Part shown: piece after piece, positions 29,020 to 39,265 of the stretch
Layout of the letters: every line of letters starts with the position of its first letter
Position numbering within the stretch: the first letter of the stretch is position 1
NCBI GenBank assembly: GCA_965246715.1
Contig: CBDFFH010000054.1
Location: 4,864-68,863 of the forward strand
Length of the DNA stretch: 64,000 nt
Direction: 5' to 3'
Source: Chamaesiphon sp.
GTDB taxonomy: Bacteria > Cyanobacteriota > Cyanobacteriia > Cyanobacteriales > Chamaesiphonaceae
Notes under the pieces: generated by a model
What the model was told of the DNA's origin: nothing
Seen by the model: only the letters and a program-made list of their open reading frames with translations
The model's database searches: none
Translations under genes and position numbers: made by a program

Positions 29020-30273
29020 TTATTCTTCGCTACCGATTAAGAGAACGAGTGTCGCGATACAGGCAAAAAAGGCTCCGACGGCAAACGTAAATCCCGAACC
29101 GAGCGATTGCCAGCACAGACCAGCAATTAAATTGGCGATTAATAATGTAATCCCGATCGAGATATTAAATAGACTAAATGCTGTGCCGCGCCTAGCAGGG
29201 TCTACAGCGCGATCGACTAGATCGATGAGCAAACCCTGAACGATGGCCAAATGGAGTCCGTACAAGGCAAATAAACACCAAATCTGCACCTGATTGGTGA
29301 CGACTGCCAATCCAAAGTAAACAATGACATGTAGCAAGAAACCAGCTAGAAGCAGGCGGATTTTGAGGACTCGATCGACGATCGCACTCAGCGGATAGGA
29401 TGCCAAGGCAAATACTAAATTCATAATTATCAGTCCCACTGGAATAAATGCTGGGGGAATGGCGATTTCCACCGATCGCATTAGTAAAAAAGCATCGCTA
29501 GAATTGCCGAGATTGAAAAAGATGGCAACAACGAGTAGCAGCCAATATTCTGCACCTAAATACGGTAAATCGCGCCAATAAATCGGGTTGTAATTCTGTT
29601 GCGAGGATTGCGATTGCGGAGGATACCGCTCGTAAAAATCATCGTTCCCAGCGAGTAATCCCGTAATTTCCGCAGGCATCATCAAGGTTTTGCGCTGTTT
29701 TTGAGCTGGTTTGACGACAATAATCAATACCGCCAATGCCATACAACTGGGAATTAACGCGCCAGAAAATACCAGCTTGTAATCATTCCGGTAAAAAAAT
29801 AAGATTGCTCCAGCGATAATCGAACCGATACAAGCACCAGAAATTAATAACGACTGGCGCAATCGATATGCTTCCGTCCGCATTTCATCAGAGGTGACAT
29901 CGGCCATCAAGGCTTTGCGCGGCGCGACACTGATACCCTGTCCGAATCGATCGCCAAATTGGGCAAAAACGATCCACAATGGATCGATCGCTATTGCCAG
30001 GAGCGGGCGCATCAATGCAGAAAGCGCATAACCAATGACAGCCAGACCTTTTTGCATCCCTAAATAGTCGCTCAGTCCGCCCGAAAATACCCGCATAATC
30101 GCTACCGTTGCTGCCGAGACACCTTCGATCTCACCGACTGTCAAAGCGCCGTTTTGGAAACTTAACAGCACAAAAATCGGTAATACCGATCGAATCATTT
30201 CCGCGCTAATATCTGCCAATAGGCTGGCGATACTCAAAATCCAAACATGGCGCGGCAACCGAGCGACTCTCAT
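29020..30273 (-). CDS. MFS transporter
   Basis: 417 aa, 12 predicted TM helices, central hydrophilic loop. Confidence 0.8.
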   Translation of the reverse strand: MRVARLPRHVWILSIASLLADISAEMIRSVLPIFVLLSFQNGALTVGEIEGVSAATVAIMRVFSGGLSDYLGMQKGLAVIGYALSALMRPLLAIAIDPLWIVFAQFGDRFGQGISVAPRKALMADVTSDEMRTEAYRLRQSLLISGACIGSIIAGAILFFYRNDYKLVFSGALIPSCMALAVLIIVVKPAQKQRKTLMMPAEITGLLAGNDDFYERYPPQSQSSQQNYNPIYWRDLPYLGAEYWLLLVVAIFFNLGNSSDAFLLMRSVEIAIPPAFIPVGLIIMNLVFALASYPLSAIVDRVLKIRLLLAGFLLHVIVYFGLAVVTNQVQIWCLFALYGLHLAIVQGLLIDLVDRAVDPARRGTAFSLFNISIGITLLIANLIAGLCWQSLGSGFTFAVGAFFACIATLVLLIGSEE

Positions 30274-30295
30274 AAATTAGGGAAATAGATTGTAA

Positions 30296-30448
30296 GGTAA
30301 TAACACAGACATCACAGCGGTTAAAACCGCCGCTTGTGATGCAAAGTCCGCCTTCGCGGACTTGTTTATTAGTCCGCGAAGGCGGACTTTGCAACATTAG
30401 CCACGATTTCAATCGTTGGCAATTCTATAAGTAGCAAGCAACTTGGGA
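30296..30448. repeat. MITE of the TAACCCAAGTTGCTAC family, degenerate copy B
   Basis: Shares AGCGGTTAAAACCGC, the GCAAAGTCCGCCTTCGCGGAC...GTCCGCGAAGGCGGACTTTGCAACATTAGCCACGATTT modules and a decayed right TIR (GTAGCAAGCAACTTGGGATAAC). The left TIR is not recognisable. Confidence 0.65.
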
Positions 30449-30503
30449 TAACTAGCAGGGTAGAGTAGTCTGCCCCCTGCTAGTTAGCGAGCGCCAAGCG
30501 CGA

Positions 30504-31502
30504 TTATGGTTGTTGTTGAGGCTGAATTTTGCCTTCTTTAACTAACGCCTCATAAATTGTCGCTGCGGCATCAGCTCTAGTCGCATTTTGGACGGGCTTG
30601 AGGAGATTGGGTGTATCATCTTTAATTGCCAAACCGCCAGCTACTGCCGCTGCCAGCTTTTCTTTGGCGTATTTGGGCGCTTGGCTGGCATCGCTGAATT
30701 TGCTCAGTGCGCTATCCTGGCTGGCAGGTGCTGGCAATTGCAGTCCTTTCGCTAGTGAAATTAACAATTGATAGCGAGGAATGGTTTGATTGGGGGCAAA
30801 TTTAGTTGGTGAGTAACCCGTCATGAAGCCAATTTTGACCGATTTATCGATCGCTTCTTTGCGCGGGTAATCGGTAGGAATATCATTGAAGCTAGCGGTT
30901 GATGCGGTAGCGGGTTTATCGGCAAATGCTCGATCGAGCATTTTGGCATATTCACCTCTAGTAATCGGCTGATTTGGGTCGAATTTACCAGTGCCAAAAT
31001 CATCGAGAATGCCACGTTTTCGCAATTCGCTGATGTATGTTTCACCCCAAAACTGTTTGGGTACATCGGTAAATGCTGGTTTGGCCGCAACTGGGGTTAC
31101 TGGTGTGGGCGTAATGACAGTAGGCGGGACGATAATTGTCGTTGGCGAAGTCACTTTTGGCGTTTCTGCTGGCACTTCGACTGTTTTAACGATCGTCGTT
31201 GGTGTCGTTGTCGTTACAGTATTCTGTTCTGATTTAGGCACGGTACTCACGCTCGGAGCGCGATTTTGTTGGAAGATCGGTTCGTCGTTACCGAGCAGCC
31301 CCACTCTACCGTTATCAGAAGTATCGCCGCCGACTTTAGCAACTCCACCTTGGAGTAGGTTTAACGGGCGGTATTTTTGACCGATACCCCAGAAAAATAC
31401 CGTACCGATTCCAGCTAAAGCTACCACGATCGCGATTAATTCATCAGCAGTCAAGCGTCTGCGACGATTAGGGTTAGGAGTTTGATTCGGTAAATTAGTC
31501 AT
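30504..31502 (-). CDS. SLH-domain cell-envelope protein with N-terminal membrane anchor
   Basis: TM helix, T/P/V-rich linker, then three SLH-like repeats (FTDVPKQFWGETYI..., FNDIPTDYPRKEAI..., FSDASQAPKYAKE...). Confidence 0.8.
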   Translation of the reverse strand: MTNLPNQTPNPNRRRRLTADELIAIVVALAGIGTVFFWGIGQKYRPLNLLQGGVAKVGGDTSDNGRVGLLGNDEPIFQQNRAPSVSTVPKSEQNTVTTTTPTTIVKTVEVPAETPKVTSPTTIIVPPTVITPTPVTPVAAKPAFTDVPKQFWGETYISELRKRGILDDFGTGKFDPNQPITRGEYAKMLDRAFADKPATASTASFNDIPTDYPRKEAIDKSVKIGFMTGYSPTKFAPNQTIPRYQLLISLAKGLQLPAPASQDSALSKFSDASQAPKYAKEKLAAAVAGGLAIKDDTPNLLKPVQNATRADAAATIYEALVKEGKIQPQQQP

Positions 31503-31712
31503 GTTTTTGCCTTAATCCTAAATTTAATAACTCGATCGATTCTAGAATTTTTAATCTCTTTAAAGTTGGCGAGTGGTACTCGATTGATTCCGCCAGCTTT
31601 GGGGTTATTTTAGCTAGGATTATCGCATTATTTACCTTGAGTTACACAAAAGTTGAGCATTTAGTGATAATTATGTCACGCGGCGAGCGGCGATCGATGT
31701 AGTAGTTATAAG

Positions 31713-32351
31713 TTAGATTTTTACCCAGCCAACTTGAGTTAAAATTGCCTGAATCTCTAATTGGATCGATGCTTCAGATCGATTGGCATCGATTCTCACG
31801 ATCCGCTCCGAATAGATACTTGCTAAGTCTTGATAACCTTGTCGAACGCGTTGATGAAAATCCAATGTTGCGCGTTCCATCCGATCGGGTTGTCCGCGCA
31901 AAGCTACTCGCTGCAAACCCAATGTTACCTCCAAGTCGAACCACAGCGTCAAGTCGCTTTGTAAGCCGCCTGTAGCCAACTGATTGACGCGATCGATCTC
32001 TTCCCGATCGAACCCCCGTCCATAGCCCTGATACGCGATCGTGGAATCGGTAAATCGATCGCACAACACAATATCCCCACGCTCCAGATGCGGTCTGATT
32101 ACCGATTCTACATGTTGAGCGCGATCGGCACCATATAACAATAATTCAGTGCGGCGATCGATCCAACCATTCGGATCGTCCAACAACAGTTGGCGAATTT
32201 TTTGCCCCAATTTCGTACCGCCTGGTTCGCGGGTAGTGACAATCGCTCGATCGATCCCACAGCAGCTTTGTAGCCAAGCTGCTGTCTGTTGAATCTGGGT
32301 AGTTTTACCAGCACCCTCTACTCCTTCAAATACGATAAATTTGCCGCTCAT
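31713..32351 (-). CDS. tmk: dTMP kinase
   Basis: GKFIVFEGVEGAGKTTQ P-loop. Start set at ATG 32351 (MSGKF...). Confidence 0.9.
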   Translation of the reverse strand: MSGKFIVFEGVEGAGKTTQIQQTAAWLQSCCGIDRAIVTTREPGGTKLGQKIRQLLLDDPNGWIDRRTELLLYGADRAQHVESVIRPHLERGDIVLCDRFTDSTIAYQGYGRGFDREEIDRVNQLATGGLQSDLTLWFDLEVTLGLQRVALRGQPDRMERATLDFHQRVRQGYQDLASIYSERIVRIDANRSEASIQLEIQAILTQVGWVKI

Positions 32352-32487
32352 TTCCCTGCTAGTTGGATGGATCTTCAATACAAATTGGTATACCAATCAA
32401 ATTGGTCGACTAATCTGGTAATATGTCAAGATAATTTGGGTAATTAGATTTGGTTTATCGCACATTTCACACACACTCTAAATCCTT

Positions 32488-32859
32488 ATGTCTCGTTACA
32501 TCTGCCATTTTTTAGTCAATCTTTCGCCACAGAGCGTCCGCGCACCGCTTAAAAAAATGCTAGAGAATTGTCGGATGGAGACAATCTACGATCTCGAAGA
32601 CTACATGATGGCAAGGGAAATTCCCGGTCGCGTCTCATTTACGAAGTTGGTAACAGCCGAAGTCTTGATAAACACGACAAACGCTACCCATGATGCTGTC
32701 ACACTTAGCTTTGTTGTGAAAAATGAGGAGCTACCGCTCAATACCAACAATCATTGTCGCCAAATATTCGATCTCCTGCGGGTTGCCCTCGAACAACATG
32801 ATGACTGGCAACCAATTAATAGTTTACAACCCATCTCTACGCTCGTCGCAACTAAATAA
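32488..32859 (+). CDS. conserved hypothetical protein
   Basis: 123-aa ORF with normal codon usage. No domain recognised. Confidence 0.5.
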   Translation: MSRYICHFLVNLSPQSVRAPLKKMLENCRMETIYDLEDYMMAREIPGRVSFTKLVTAEVLINTTNATHDAVTLSFVVKNEELPLNTNNHCRQIFDLLRVALEQHDDWQPINSLQPISTLVATK

Positions 32860-32901
32860 GTAAACTCCGGATCTCGATGAGACACCCCACAGTGAATCGG
32901 T

Positions 32902-32930
32902 AAAAAAAATCCCCCTATTGCTAGGGGGAT
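32902..32930 (-). terminator. Rho-independent terminator of the DUF1517 gene
   Basis: Minus strand reads ATCCCCCTA-GCAA-TAGGGGGAT followed by a T7-8 run, 40 nt after the stop at 32970. Confidence 0.75.
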
Positions 32931-32969
32931 CTAAGTTCTAAGCGATGCATTCACACCGCAGAGCGACTA

Positions 32970-33923
32970 CTAAACCAGTTTGAGATCGGGATAGTGAGCT
33001 AAGATATCATCAGTGGTGAGAGCGTCGCCATTAGCTTGCGGTGTCCAAATAGCTTCGATCGCGACTAAAGCACTTGCATCGAGGCTACCTAAAGTTTGTA
33101 AAGCTTGGCGCAGATCCGCATCGCCATTAATTTTCGGGAGTTGGAGCGGACGAGTTGCCGCGACTAACAGAGTAACGATGATATATTCGCTGCGTTCTTG
33201 CTCAACTGTTGCCAACTCGCCAGTAGATGGGAGTGCTGCATTAGTCTCAGCCTGACGCAGTTGATTGTTGACCTTACTCAGTGTCTCGGTTGTAAATTTA
33301 CCCCGCTCGGCGAGAGACAACTGATTGAAGACAGCTTCAGCTCGATCGAGTTTGGCTTGTTGCGTGCTCGTCTTACCGTAAGTCCAATATTCTGGGTGAC
33401 GCAGCAGTTCGAGGCTGGTTTCTTGGAGCAGGTACATTCTGCCCGAAGCGGTATCGGCGTTGACAGTTTCCGCGAGTCGGTCTAGTTTAGACTGAACGTC
33501 ACGCGCCTCAGCTAATAAACCAACTTGAATTTCGGCGATCGATACTTGAGGATTGTAGACATCTCCTTCAAAACTATCTCCACCAGTCGCCCGTCGGAAA
33601 CTTTGGAGTAAAAAGCCGCCGACCGCTACCATAACTAAGAGCGACAGTAGACTGCCACCGCCACCACCAAATAAGAATGGGATATAGAAAGGTGAGAAGC
33701 CGCCACCATAACCGTAGCCACCACCGCGATTGGAGTAGCCGCCACTAGGCGAGCTATATCCCCGACTGGGCGCGCGGAACGAGCCACCACCGATGCGTCC
33801 GCCACTCCGCGCTGCCAGAGCATCGCCAGTTTGAGCGAAGACCAGAGTTAGGGCTAATCCGACTGCTACGGCGGACTTCACCCAGGGTTTAATAAGAGCG
33901 AGCAGTTGCTTGACCATAACCAC
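32970..33923 (-). CDS. DUF1517-like membrane protein with Gly-rich N-terminal region
   Basis: Signal/TM, GGRIGGGSFRAPSRGYSSPSGGYSNRGGGYGYGGG, second TM, and a ~200-aa C-terminal domain. Confidence 0.65.
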   Translation of the reverse strand: MVMVKQLLALIKPWVKSAVAVGLALTLVFAQTGDALAARSGGRIGGGSFRAPSRGYSSPSGGYSNRGGGYGYGGGFSPFYIPFLFGGGGGSLLSLLVMVAVGGFLLQSFRRATGGDSFEGDVYNPQVSIAEIQVGLLAEARDVQSKLDRLAETVNADTASGRMYLLQETSLELLRHPEYWTYGKTSTQQAKLDRAEAVFNQLSLAERGKFTTETLSKVNNQLRQAETNAALPSTGELATVEQERSEYIIVTLLVAATRPLQLPKINGDADLRQALQTLGSLDASALVAIEAIWTPQANGDALTTDDILAHYPDLKLV

Positions 33924-34063
33924 CTATATTAAAAGCTTATCGATTCTTTTACTGTAACGACTTTGCCGATCGAAAGTCATTAGCGATCGAATTTCTTCAA
34001 TTTTAACGCGGTGGTACTGAGGTCAGAAATGCTGTGAGATGTAGAGATAACCACCCTTGAATT

Positions 34064-34141
34064 AGGGAGTAGGGGATAGGGAATAGGCGTTAGGTTTTCT
34101 AGTGACTAGTCACTAGCCACTACTGTTCACTATCCCCTAAC
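34064..34141. repeat. Heptanucleotide STRR-like arrays (TAGGGNN then TAGTGAC/TAGCCAC types)
   Basis: TAGGGAG TAGGGGA TAGGGAA TAGGCGT TAGGTTT ... TAGTGAC TAGTCAC TAGCCAC TACTGTT CACTATC CCCTAAC. Confidence 0.8.
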
Positions 34142-36313
34142 TTAGAATCTTTCGCCGATCCCGAATTGAATCCGAGTTTCCGAGCGATTGTTGAGAGCAT
34201 AATCGATCCGAATCGGGCCGATTGGCGAGTTGATCCGCAGTCCCGCACCATAACCAAAGCCATTACCCGGTTTGCCGCGAACTCCGCCTGGATTCCCTGG
34301 AACGCTGTTGCCAGTGCCCAAATCGGTACCATAATCTAAAAATACTTCCCCACCCACGATCGAGACTAATGGAAAACGGTACTCTGCCGTAGCTTGGACG
34401 TAACTGCGTCCGGAACCGACATCGCCATCCTCATAGCCTCGGACGGAGGTAGTACCGCCCAAACTGAAAGCTTCATAAGGTGGTAGATCGCCGAGAATCG
34501 TGCCCCCTTGAATATTAAATACCAACGCCTGGGAACCCGGAGTAAAATTGACTAATTTTACTGGGGTGTAGTTAGTAAAACTAGCTCGCGCCCTCGTCAT
34601 TAAAATATTCCCCAAACCGACTGGGATCGACTGATCCAAGCCTGCTTTAAATAATGAACCTTGGGTCGGATCGGTAAAATTATTCCGTAAATCCTGAGTC
34701 ACTCCGAATTGCACCATCAACAGATCGTCTTGCCCAGTCTTACTAAAGCTGAGATCGTTGCCGCTGGTATCTTTGGGCACGATCCCGTTCCCGTTAATAT
34801 CGCGCGTCGATACCCGTTGGTACTGCACTCCTAATGAAGCCCGGAGACTGCTATCGCTAAACGGATCGCCATTGAGCGGACGTGAGAAGGTAATCCCGCC
34901 CCCTTGCCGGAAAATGGTCGGTGTATCGGTAGTTCCAGGGATAAACTGCGGAGTTTTACCGCCACCAAAGACGAGCGACAGCGATCGCTGTTGAAAAATA
35001 TTGACGTTGTAAGATGTGCGATTGGGATCGGTCGCGATCCATGGGTCGGAGAAGTTGATGTTGTACAGTGTCGATAGCGAACCTACTTGAATTTCCGCAC
35101 CTAATTTTTGGGCGTTGCCCCCGACATTAAGTTGGTTGTAGGTAACACTTCCAAATAGACCATTAGTGGAGCTAATCCCGCCCCCAGCCAAGATCGAAGA
35201 AGTCTTACGCTCGATGACATTTAGTTGCAGGACGACCTTTGCGGGATCGGTACCTGGCGCAAACGATACGCGCACATCGTCAAATAAGCCCAAGCCATAG
35301 ATCCGGCGCAAATCCTTTTCAGCAGTCGATCGATTAAAAATCTTACCCGGTTTTAATTCAGCTTCACGGGTGATAATAAACGGCCGAGTCAAACCTTTAA
35401 TTGGTTGTTTTTTATCATCTACGAGCGAACCATCCTTGGTTAAAAAGCGCACCTGAACGTCTTCGATCAGTCCTTCCGCAATAACTAAATTGAGCTTCCC
35501 ATCGGCACCGAGTTCTTCAACATCGACGACTTGGGCGAGGTTATAACCTTGTGCTTGATAGAGTTGGTTGAGTTGCTTGATTGCAGCTTGCAATTCGACT
35601 GCATTGAGGCGTTTACCATATTGCCCTTGAAAGATGCGATCGATATCCGCTTGTTTGATGACTGTGCTGCTATTTGTAGGCAGCGTCTTGATTTGGACTT
35701 GGGTTAACACACCATATGGAGCAACCACGAAGCTGAGTCTCACTCCCTTGGCGGTATCTTCTGGTAAAATTTCTACCGAAGAAAAAGCACCCAAAGCACG
35801 GATGGCATTTAAATTTTGTTCCAGTTGCGCGCGAGTCGTTGGTTGTCCGGGTTTAACGGTGAGGACTTGGCGGATTTTGGCTTCTAAGTCTGGGCTTAAA
35901 GCACCTTGGCGGCTTTTGATGATGATATCTGAGACAAGTACTGGCTTTTGCGCGTCGGCTGGTGCTGGGGTAGCTGGAGTCTGCCCGGGGGTAGCTGGAG
36001 TTTGTCCGGGGGTAGGCGTGGCACTCGGCGGTGTTGTCTGTGCTACAGGTTTTGCGGCTGGTTTGCGCCTGACGATCGATTTGCGTGGTTTCTTCGCTAG
36101 CGCGATGAGGTCTTTGGCTGTCGCGATCTCACCAGGATTGACGATTGCCGTCTGGCTCCCGTTCGGGGTATTTTTTGAGATCGACAGCGACTGGGACAAC
36201 GTATTTTGCGAACTTAGCCGATCGAGTTTTGCTGAGTCGGCATTGGCTGCGATCGTATATCCAAGCTGACCGATTGCGGCAAAAGTAATGACTGAAAGTA
36301 ATTTAAAAGGCAT
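34142..36313 (-). CDS. bamA: outer membrane protein assembly factor, Omp85/BamA family
   Basis: Signal peptide, P/T-rich linker, POTRA repeats, and a C-terminal beta-barrel ending ...RIQFGIGERF. Confidence 0.9.
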   Translation of the reverse strand: MPFKLLSVITFAAIGQLGYTIAANADSAKLDRLSSQNTLSQSLSISKNTPNGSQTAIVNPGEIATAKDLIALAKKPRKSIVRRKPAAKPVAQTTPPSATPTPGQTPATPGQTPATPAPADAQKPVLVSDIIIKSRQGALSPDLEAKIRQVLTVKPGQPTTRAQLEQNLNAIRALGAFSSVEILPEDTAKGVRLSFVVAPYGVLTQVQIKTLPTNSSTVIKQADIDRIFQGQYGKRLNAVELQAAIKQLNQLYQAQGYNLAQVVDVEELGADGKLNLVIAEGLIEDVQVRFLTKDGSLVDDKKQPIKGLTRPFIITREAELKPGKIFNRSTAEKDLRRIYGLGLFDDVRVSFAPGTDPAKVVLQLNVIERKTSSILAGGGISSTNGLFGSVTYNQLNVGGNAQKLGAEIQVGSLSTLYNINFSDPWIATDPNRTSYNVNIFQQRSLSLVFGGGKTPQFIPGTTDTPTIFRQGGGITFSRPLNGDPFSDSSLRASLGVQYQRVSTRDINGNGIVPKDTSGNDLSFSKTGQDDLLMVQFGVTQDLRNNFTDPTQGSLFKAGLDQSIPVGLGNILMTRARASFTNYTPVKLVNFTPGSQALVFNIQGGTILGDLPPYEAFSLGGTTSVRGYEDGDVGSGRSYVQATAEYRFPLVSIVGGEVFLDYGTDLGTGNSVPGNPGGVRGKPGNGFGYGAGLRINSPIGPIRIDYALNNRSETRIQFGIGERF

Positions 36314-36319
36314 TCTTAT

Positions 36320-36361
36320 ATAGTGGCTAGTGGCTAGTGGCTGGTAGCTAGTAAATAGCGA
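36320..36361. repeat. Heptanucleotide STRR-like array (TAGTGGC-type) starting 7 nt upstream of the bamA start
   Basis: TAGTGGC TAGTGGC TAGTGGC TGGTAGC TAGTAAA TAGCGAG. Confidence 0.85.
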
Positions 36362-36387
36362 GCGACTGAGATCGCCTCCGATGGCTA

Positions 36388-37119
36388 TTACTGGACTCCT
36401 AAAACTCTGTGTAGAACTTGTTGATAAGCATCTTCAATATTGCCCATGTCCCGGCGGAACCGATCTTTATCTAAGACTCGTAGATTGGGATCGGGTTCCC
36501 CCGTCAGCCATAATCTACAACTATCGGGACTGATTTCATCTGCTAGCAAGATCTGCTGTTGACTGTCAAGACCGAATTCGATTTTGAAATCAACCAGTGT
36601 AATTCCACATTGTTGAAAAAAGTTTTGTAGAATAAGATTAATCTGTAATGCTTTTGTGTGTAGGATGTCCACTTCTGCTGGTGTGGCTAGCTGCATCAGT
36701 AGGAGCCGATCGAGCGTTAATAACGGGTCGCCCAAAGCATCATTCTTGTAAAAGAATTCAACTAATGGCTTGGGTAAAAGCGTGCCTAAGGCTATTCCTG
36801 TTTGTTGACAGAGACTACCTGCCGCAATGTTCCGCACGACTACTTCGATCGGGATAATTTTTACTGCCTTGACACGCATTTTGTCTGCTGCCGGACAGTC
36901 GATAAAATGGGTTGCGATGCCAGCAGCTGCGATCGACTTAAATAAATGAGCGGCGATTTGACAGTTGATTTCTCCCTTGCCTGCGATCGTACCGCGTTTT
37001 TGGGCATTAAAAGCGGTGGCATCATCTTTAAAATAAGCCAACAATATTTCTGGATCTGCTGTAGCATACAAAATTTTAGCTTTGCCTTCGTAAATCTGCG
37101 GATGACTGTTCATGTCCAA
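36388..37119 (-). CDS. purC: phosphoribosylaminoimidazole-succinocarboxamide (SAICAR) synthase
   Basis: YEGKAKILY, DKDRFR motifs. 243 aa. Confidence 0.95.
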   Translation of the reverse strand: MDMNSHPQIYEGKAKILYATADPEILLAYFKDDATAFNAQKRGTIAGKGEINCQIAAHLFKSIAAAGIATHFIDCPAADKMRVKAVKIIPIEVVVRNIAAGSLCQQTGIALGTLLPKPLVEFFYKNDALGDPLLTLDRLLLMQLATPAEVDILHTKALQINLILQNFFQQCGITLVDFKIEFGLDSQQQILLADEISPDSCRLWLTGEPDPNLRVLDKDRFRRDMGNIEDAYQQVLHRVLGVQ

Positions 37120-37438
37120 ATATTTTAAATTAAGGTGGAAGCATTAAATTTTAGTCGATTATCGCTCGCCAATGGTCGCGATCGCTCATCACGCTCTAGA
37201 CTTACCAGCCGATACCTTTAGCTGGCATAATTTAACGATAGGTTAAGGAACGGTTAAACTTGGCACAATATCACCTACAAATTGTCAAGTAAGATAGCGC
37301 AGTATCTCGATCGGGGGCAAGCGGCGATCTGCCCGGAACGAGCTATTCAGACACCATTCGATCGAGTGGGTAGTCCGATCCTGCGGTCGATCTCTGGCTT
37401 TAGTAGTGGTTTATCTCAACATCTAGGCACCAATACCC

Positions 37439-37705
37439 ATGTCAAAACAGATTGATTTCTTTTTGTATCACAATAACCGTTACCACGGTGAGGTGAAGCC
37501 GGAAAACTTGGTGTTCAACGCCAATTTACAAGAATTTACCCAGAAAATCAGCTATATCTGTAGCTTGGAAACCTCTGGTAAACTGACACCAGAAGAATCA
37601 TACCAGCAGATCAAGCAGCTTTGGAAAGATCTCAAACGCAGTAAAAAACAACTTAGGATCGGGGAAAAGCCCTTTACCGATGAGAATGGGGATTTGCCTC
37701 AATAG
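37439..37705 (+). CDS. hypothetical protein
   Basis: 88-aa ORF. No domain recognised. Confidence 0.4.
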   Translation: MSKQIDFFLYHNNRYHGEVKPENLVFNANLQEFTQKISYICSLETSGKLTPEESYQQIKQLWKDLKRSKKQLRIGEKPFTDENGDLPQ

Positions 37706-37792
37706 ATATTGCGCTAACAAGACGGGGTAGATTAGCAGAGAATGTCAAACACGGAAATAAACACGATTTGCTTCCCACTCTGCTGACACCCA

Positions 37793-38908
37793 CTAGCATC
37801 TGCTGATTACCTGCAAGTAATAACGTTGTAACTGCTGCGTAGCTGCCGACCAGCCCCAGCGTTCGGCTTCAGTCCGAGCGTTCTGGCAGAGCGTTCGATC
37901 GAGTGCCAACGCAGCAAAAAGTTTTTGAGTAGCCACCAGCGCACCGTGCGGATCGTCGGGATCGAATAGGTAGCCATTAATGCCATCGGTGACGATATCG
38001 GGAATACCACCCGATCGAGCGGCAACGACCGGACAGCCAGCCGCCATCGCCTCTAGTAATACCAGTCCCAGCGTCTCTGTCCGCGAGGGAAAAATAAATG
38101 CATCGGCGACGGCATAAGCGGCAGCTAATCTCTCTCCCTCTAAATAACCCACAAAATGCGTGGGAGTGTCGGCAAAGTAACTTTCTAAATAAGTCCGATG
38201 GGGGCCATTCCCCACAATCGCTAATCGTGCGCCCGGAATCGCTGCTAAAACGGGCTTAATCTGCTCGATTTCCTTTTCGGCACCAAGCCTGCCAACATAG
38301 AGTAACAATCGGCTTGCTGGCGCTCCTTGGCTCAAATAATGCCGCATTTCCACATTAGCTCGATCGGGATGAAAAGTCTCGGTATCGACCCCCCGCTGCC
38401 ATAGATCCACCCGCTCGATCCCGTGCTGGCTCAGTTCCTCAACCATCACCGATGACGTGCAAAGATTTAATTCTGCTTGGTTGTGCGCCCCTTTTAATAA
38501 TTCCCACAACAATCCTTCCAACATGCCCAACCCATAATGCTGAAGATATTTGGGTAAATGGGTATGGTAGGAAGCTACTAACGGAATCTGCGAGGATTTG
38601 GCATAAAAAATTCCAGCTAGCCCTAATACTGCTGGATTGATAACGTGAATCACATCTGGTCGAAATTTGGCGAGTTGCTGACCGATTTCGGGGCGGGGTA
38701 ATGCCAATTTAAGTTCGGGATAGAGTGGCAACGGAAAGGCTGACAATCCATAAATCTGCGCACCATGATAGGACTTCAATCCCCCCTCGGGACAAAAAAT
38801 TAACACCTCATCGCCACTACGCTGGAGATGTTCGATCGTGTGTTTGAGCCGAGTGACGATGCCATCGACTTTGGGCAAGAAAGTTTCGGTGAAGAGGGCG
38901 ATTCGCAT
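37793..38908 (-). CDS. sqdX: GT4 glycosyltransferase, SqdX-like (candidate sulfoquinovosyl-diacylglycerol synthase)
   Basis: MRIALFTETFLPKVDGIVTRL N-terminus and the E(X7)E region (ETLGLVLLEAMAAG). Resembles cyanobacterial SqdX as I recall it. Confidence 0.7.
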   Translation of the reverse strand: MRIALFTETFLPKVDGIVTRLKHTIEHLQRSGDEVLIFCPEGGLKSYHGAQIYGLSAFPLPLYPELKLALPRPEIGQQLAKFRPDVIHVINPAVLGLAGIFYAKSSQIPLVASYHTHLPKYLQHYGLGMLEGLLWELLKGAHNQAELNLCTSSVMVEELSQHGIERVDLWQRGVDTETFHPDRANVEMRHYLSQGAPASRLLLYVGRLGAEKEIEQIKPVLAAIPGARLAIVGNGPHRTYLESYFADTPTHFVGYLEGERLAAAYAVADAFIFPSRTETLGLVLLEAMAAGCPVVAARSGGIPDIVTDGINGYLFDPDDPHGALVATQKLFAALALDRTLCQNARTEAERWGWSAATQQLQRYYLQVISRC

Positions 38909-38912
38909 TGAA

Positions 38913-38933
38913 TAGGGGATAGGGGATAGGGAA
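38913..38933. repeat. Heptanucleotide STRR-like array (TAGGGGA-type) starting 5 nt upstream of the sqdX-like start
   Basis: TAGGGGA TAGGGGA TAGGGAA. Confidence 0.85.
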
Positions 38934-38946
38934 ACTTGAGTTCGGG

Positions 38947-39179
38947 TTATTAACTAACGTCAGTTCGGGATAAGTATATCCACTTAATCACTCCTAGCTT
39001 CGTTGCTGAACCGCCCTCAAATGAATTTGGGGCTAACAGCAAAAGTTCTCTGAAGAGAACTGCCAAATCAGTTAGTTCGTTTCAACGAACTTTTGCTGTT
39101 AGCCCGAACTTCTAGTTCAGGGCGGTGGTTGCGCGAAGCAGATCGGTTCTCCTTAACCCGAACTCACGTTAACTAATAA
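38947..39179. repeat. MITE, second family (TTATTAACTAACGTCAGTTCGGGATAAG-type TIRs)
   Basis: Left end TTATTAACTAACGTCAGTTCGGGATAAG versus the reverse complement of the right end, TTATTAGTTAACGTGAGTTCGGGTTAAG. Internal perfect 19-bp inverted repeat GGGCTAACAGCAAAAGTTC/GAACTTTTGCTGTTAGCCC. Confidence 0.7.
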
Positions 39180-39186
39180 TCGATAA

Positions 39187-39212
39187 CAAAAAAGGTGGGG
39201 TATACCCACCTT
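39187..39212 (-). terminator. Rho-independent terminator of the DEAD-box helicase gene
   Basis: Minus strand reads AAGGTGGG-TATAC-CCCACCTT followed by TTTTGT, 54 nt after the stop. Confidence 0.75.
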
Positions 39213-39265
39213 CTAATTACTAATTTGTTAAAGTTTACCCCACTATCGAGTGGATGTAACAACTA

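Noticed and set aside
35634-36269. 211-aa plus-strand ORF antisense to bamA
   Set aside because: It lies wholly inside a well-supported Omp85 gene. Its Ala/Gly/Val-rich translation is typical of the reverse frame of a P/T-rich region. No start context or domain.
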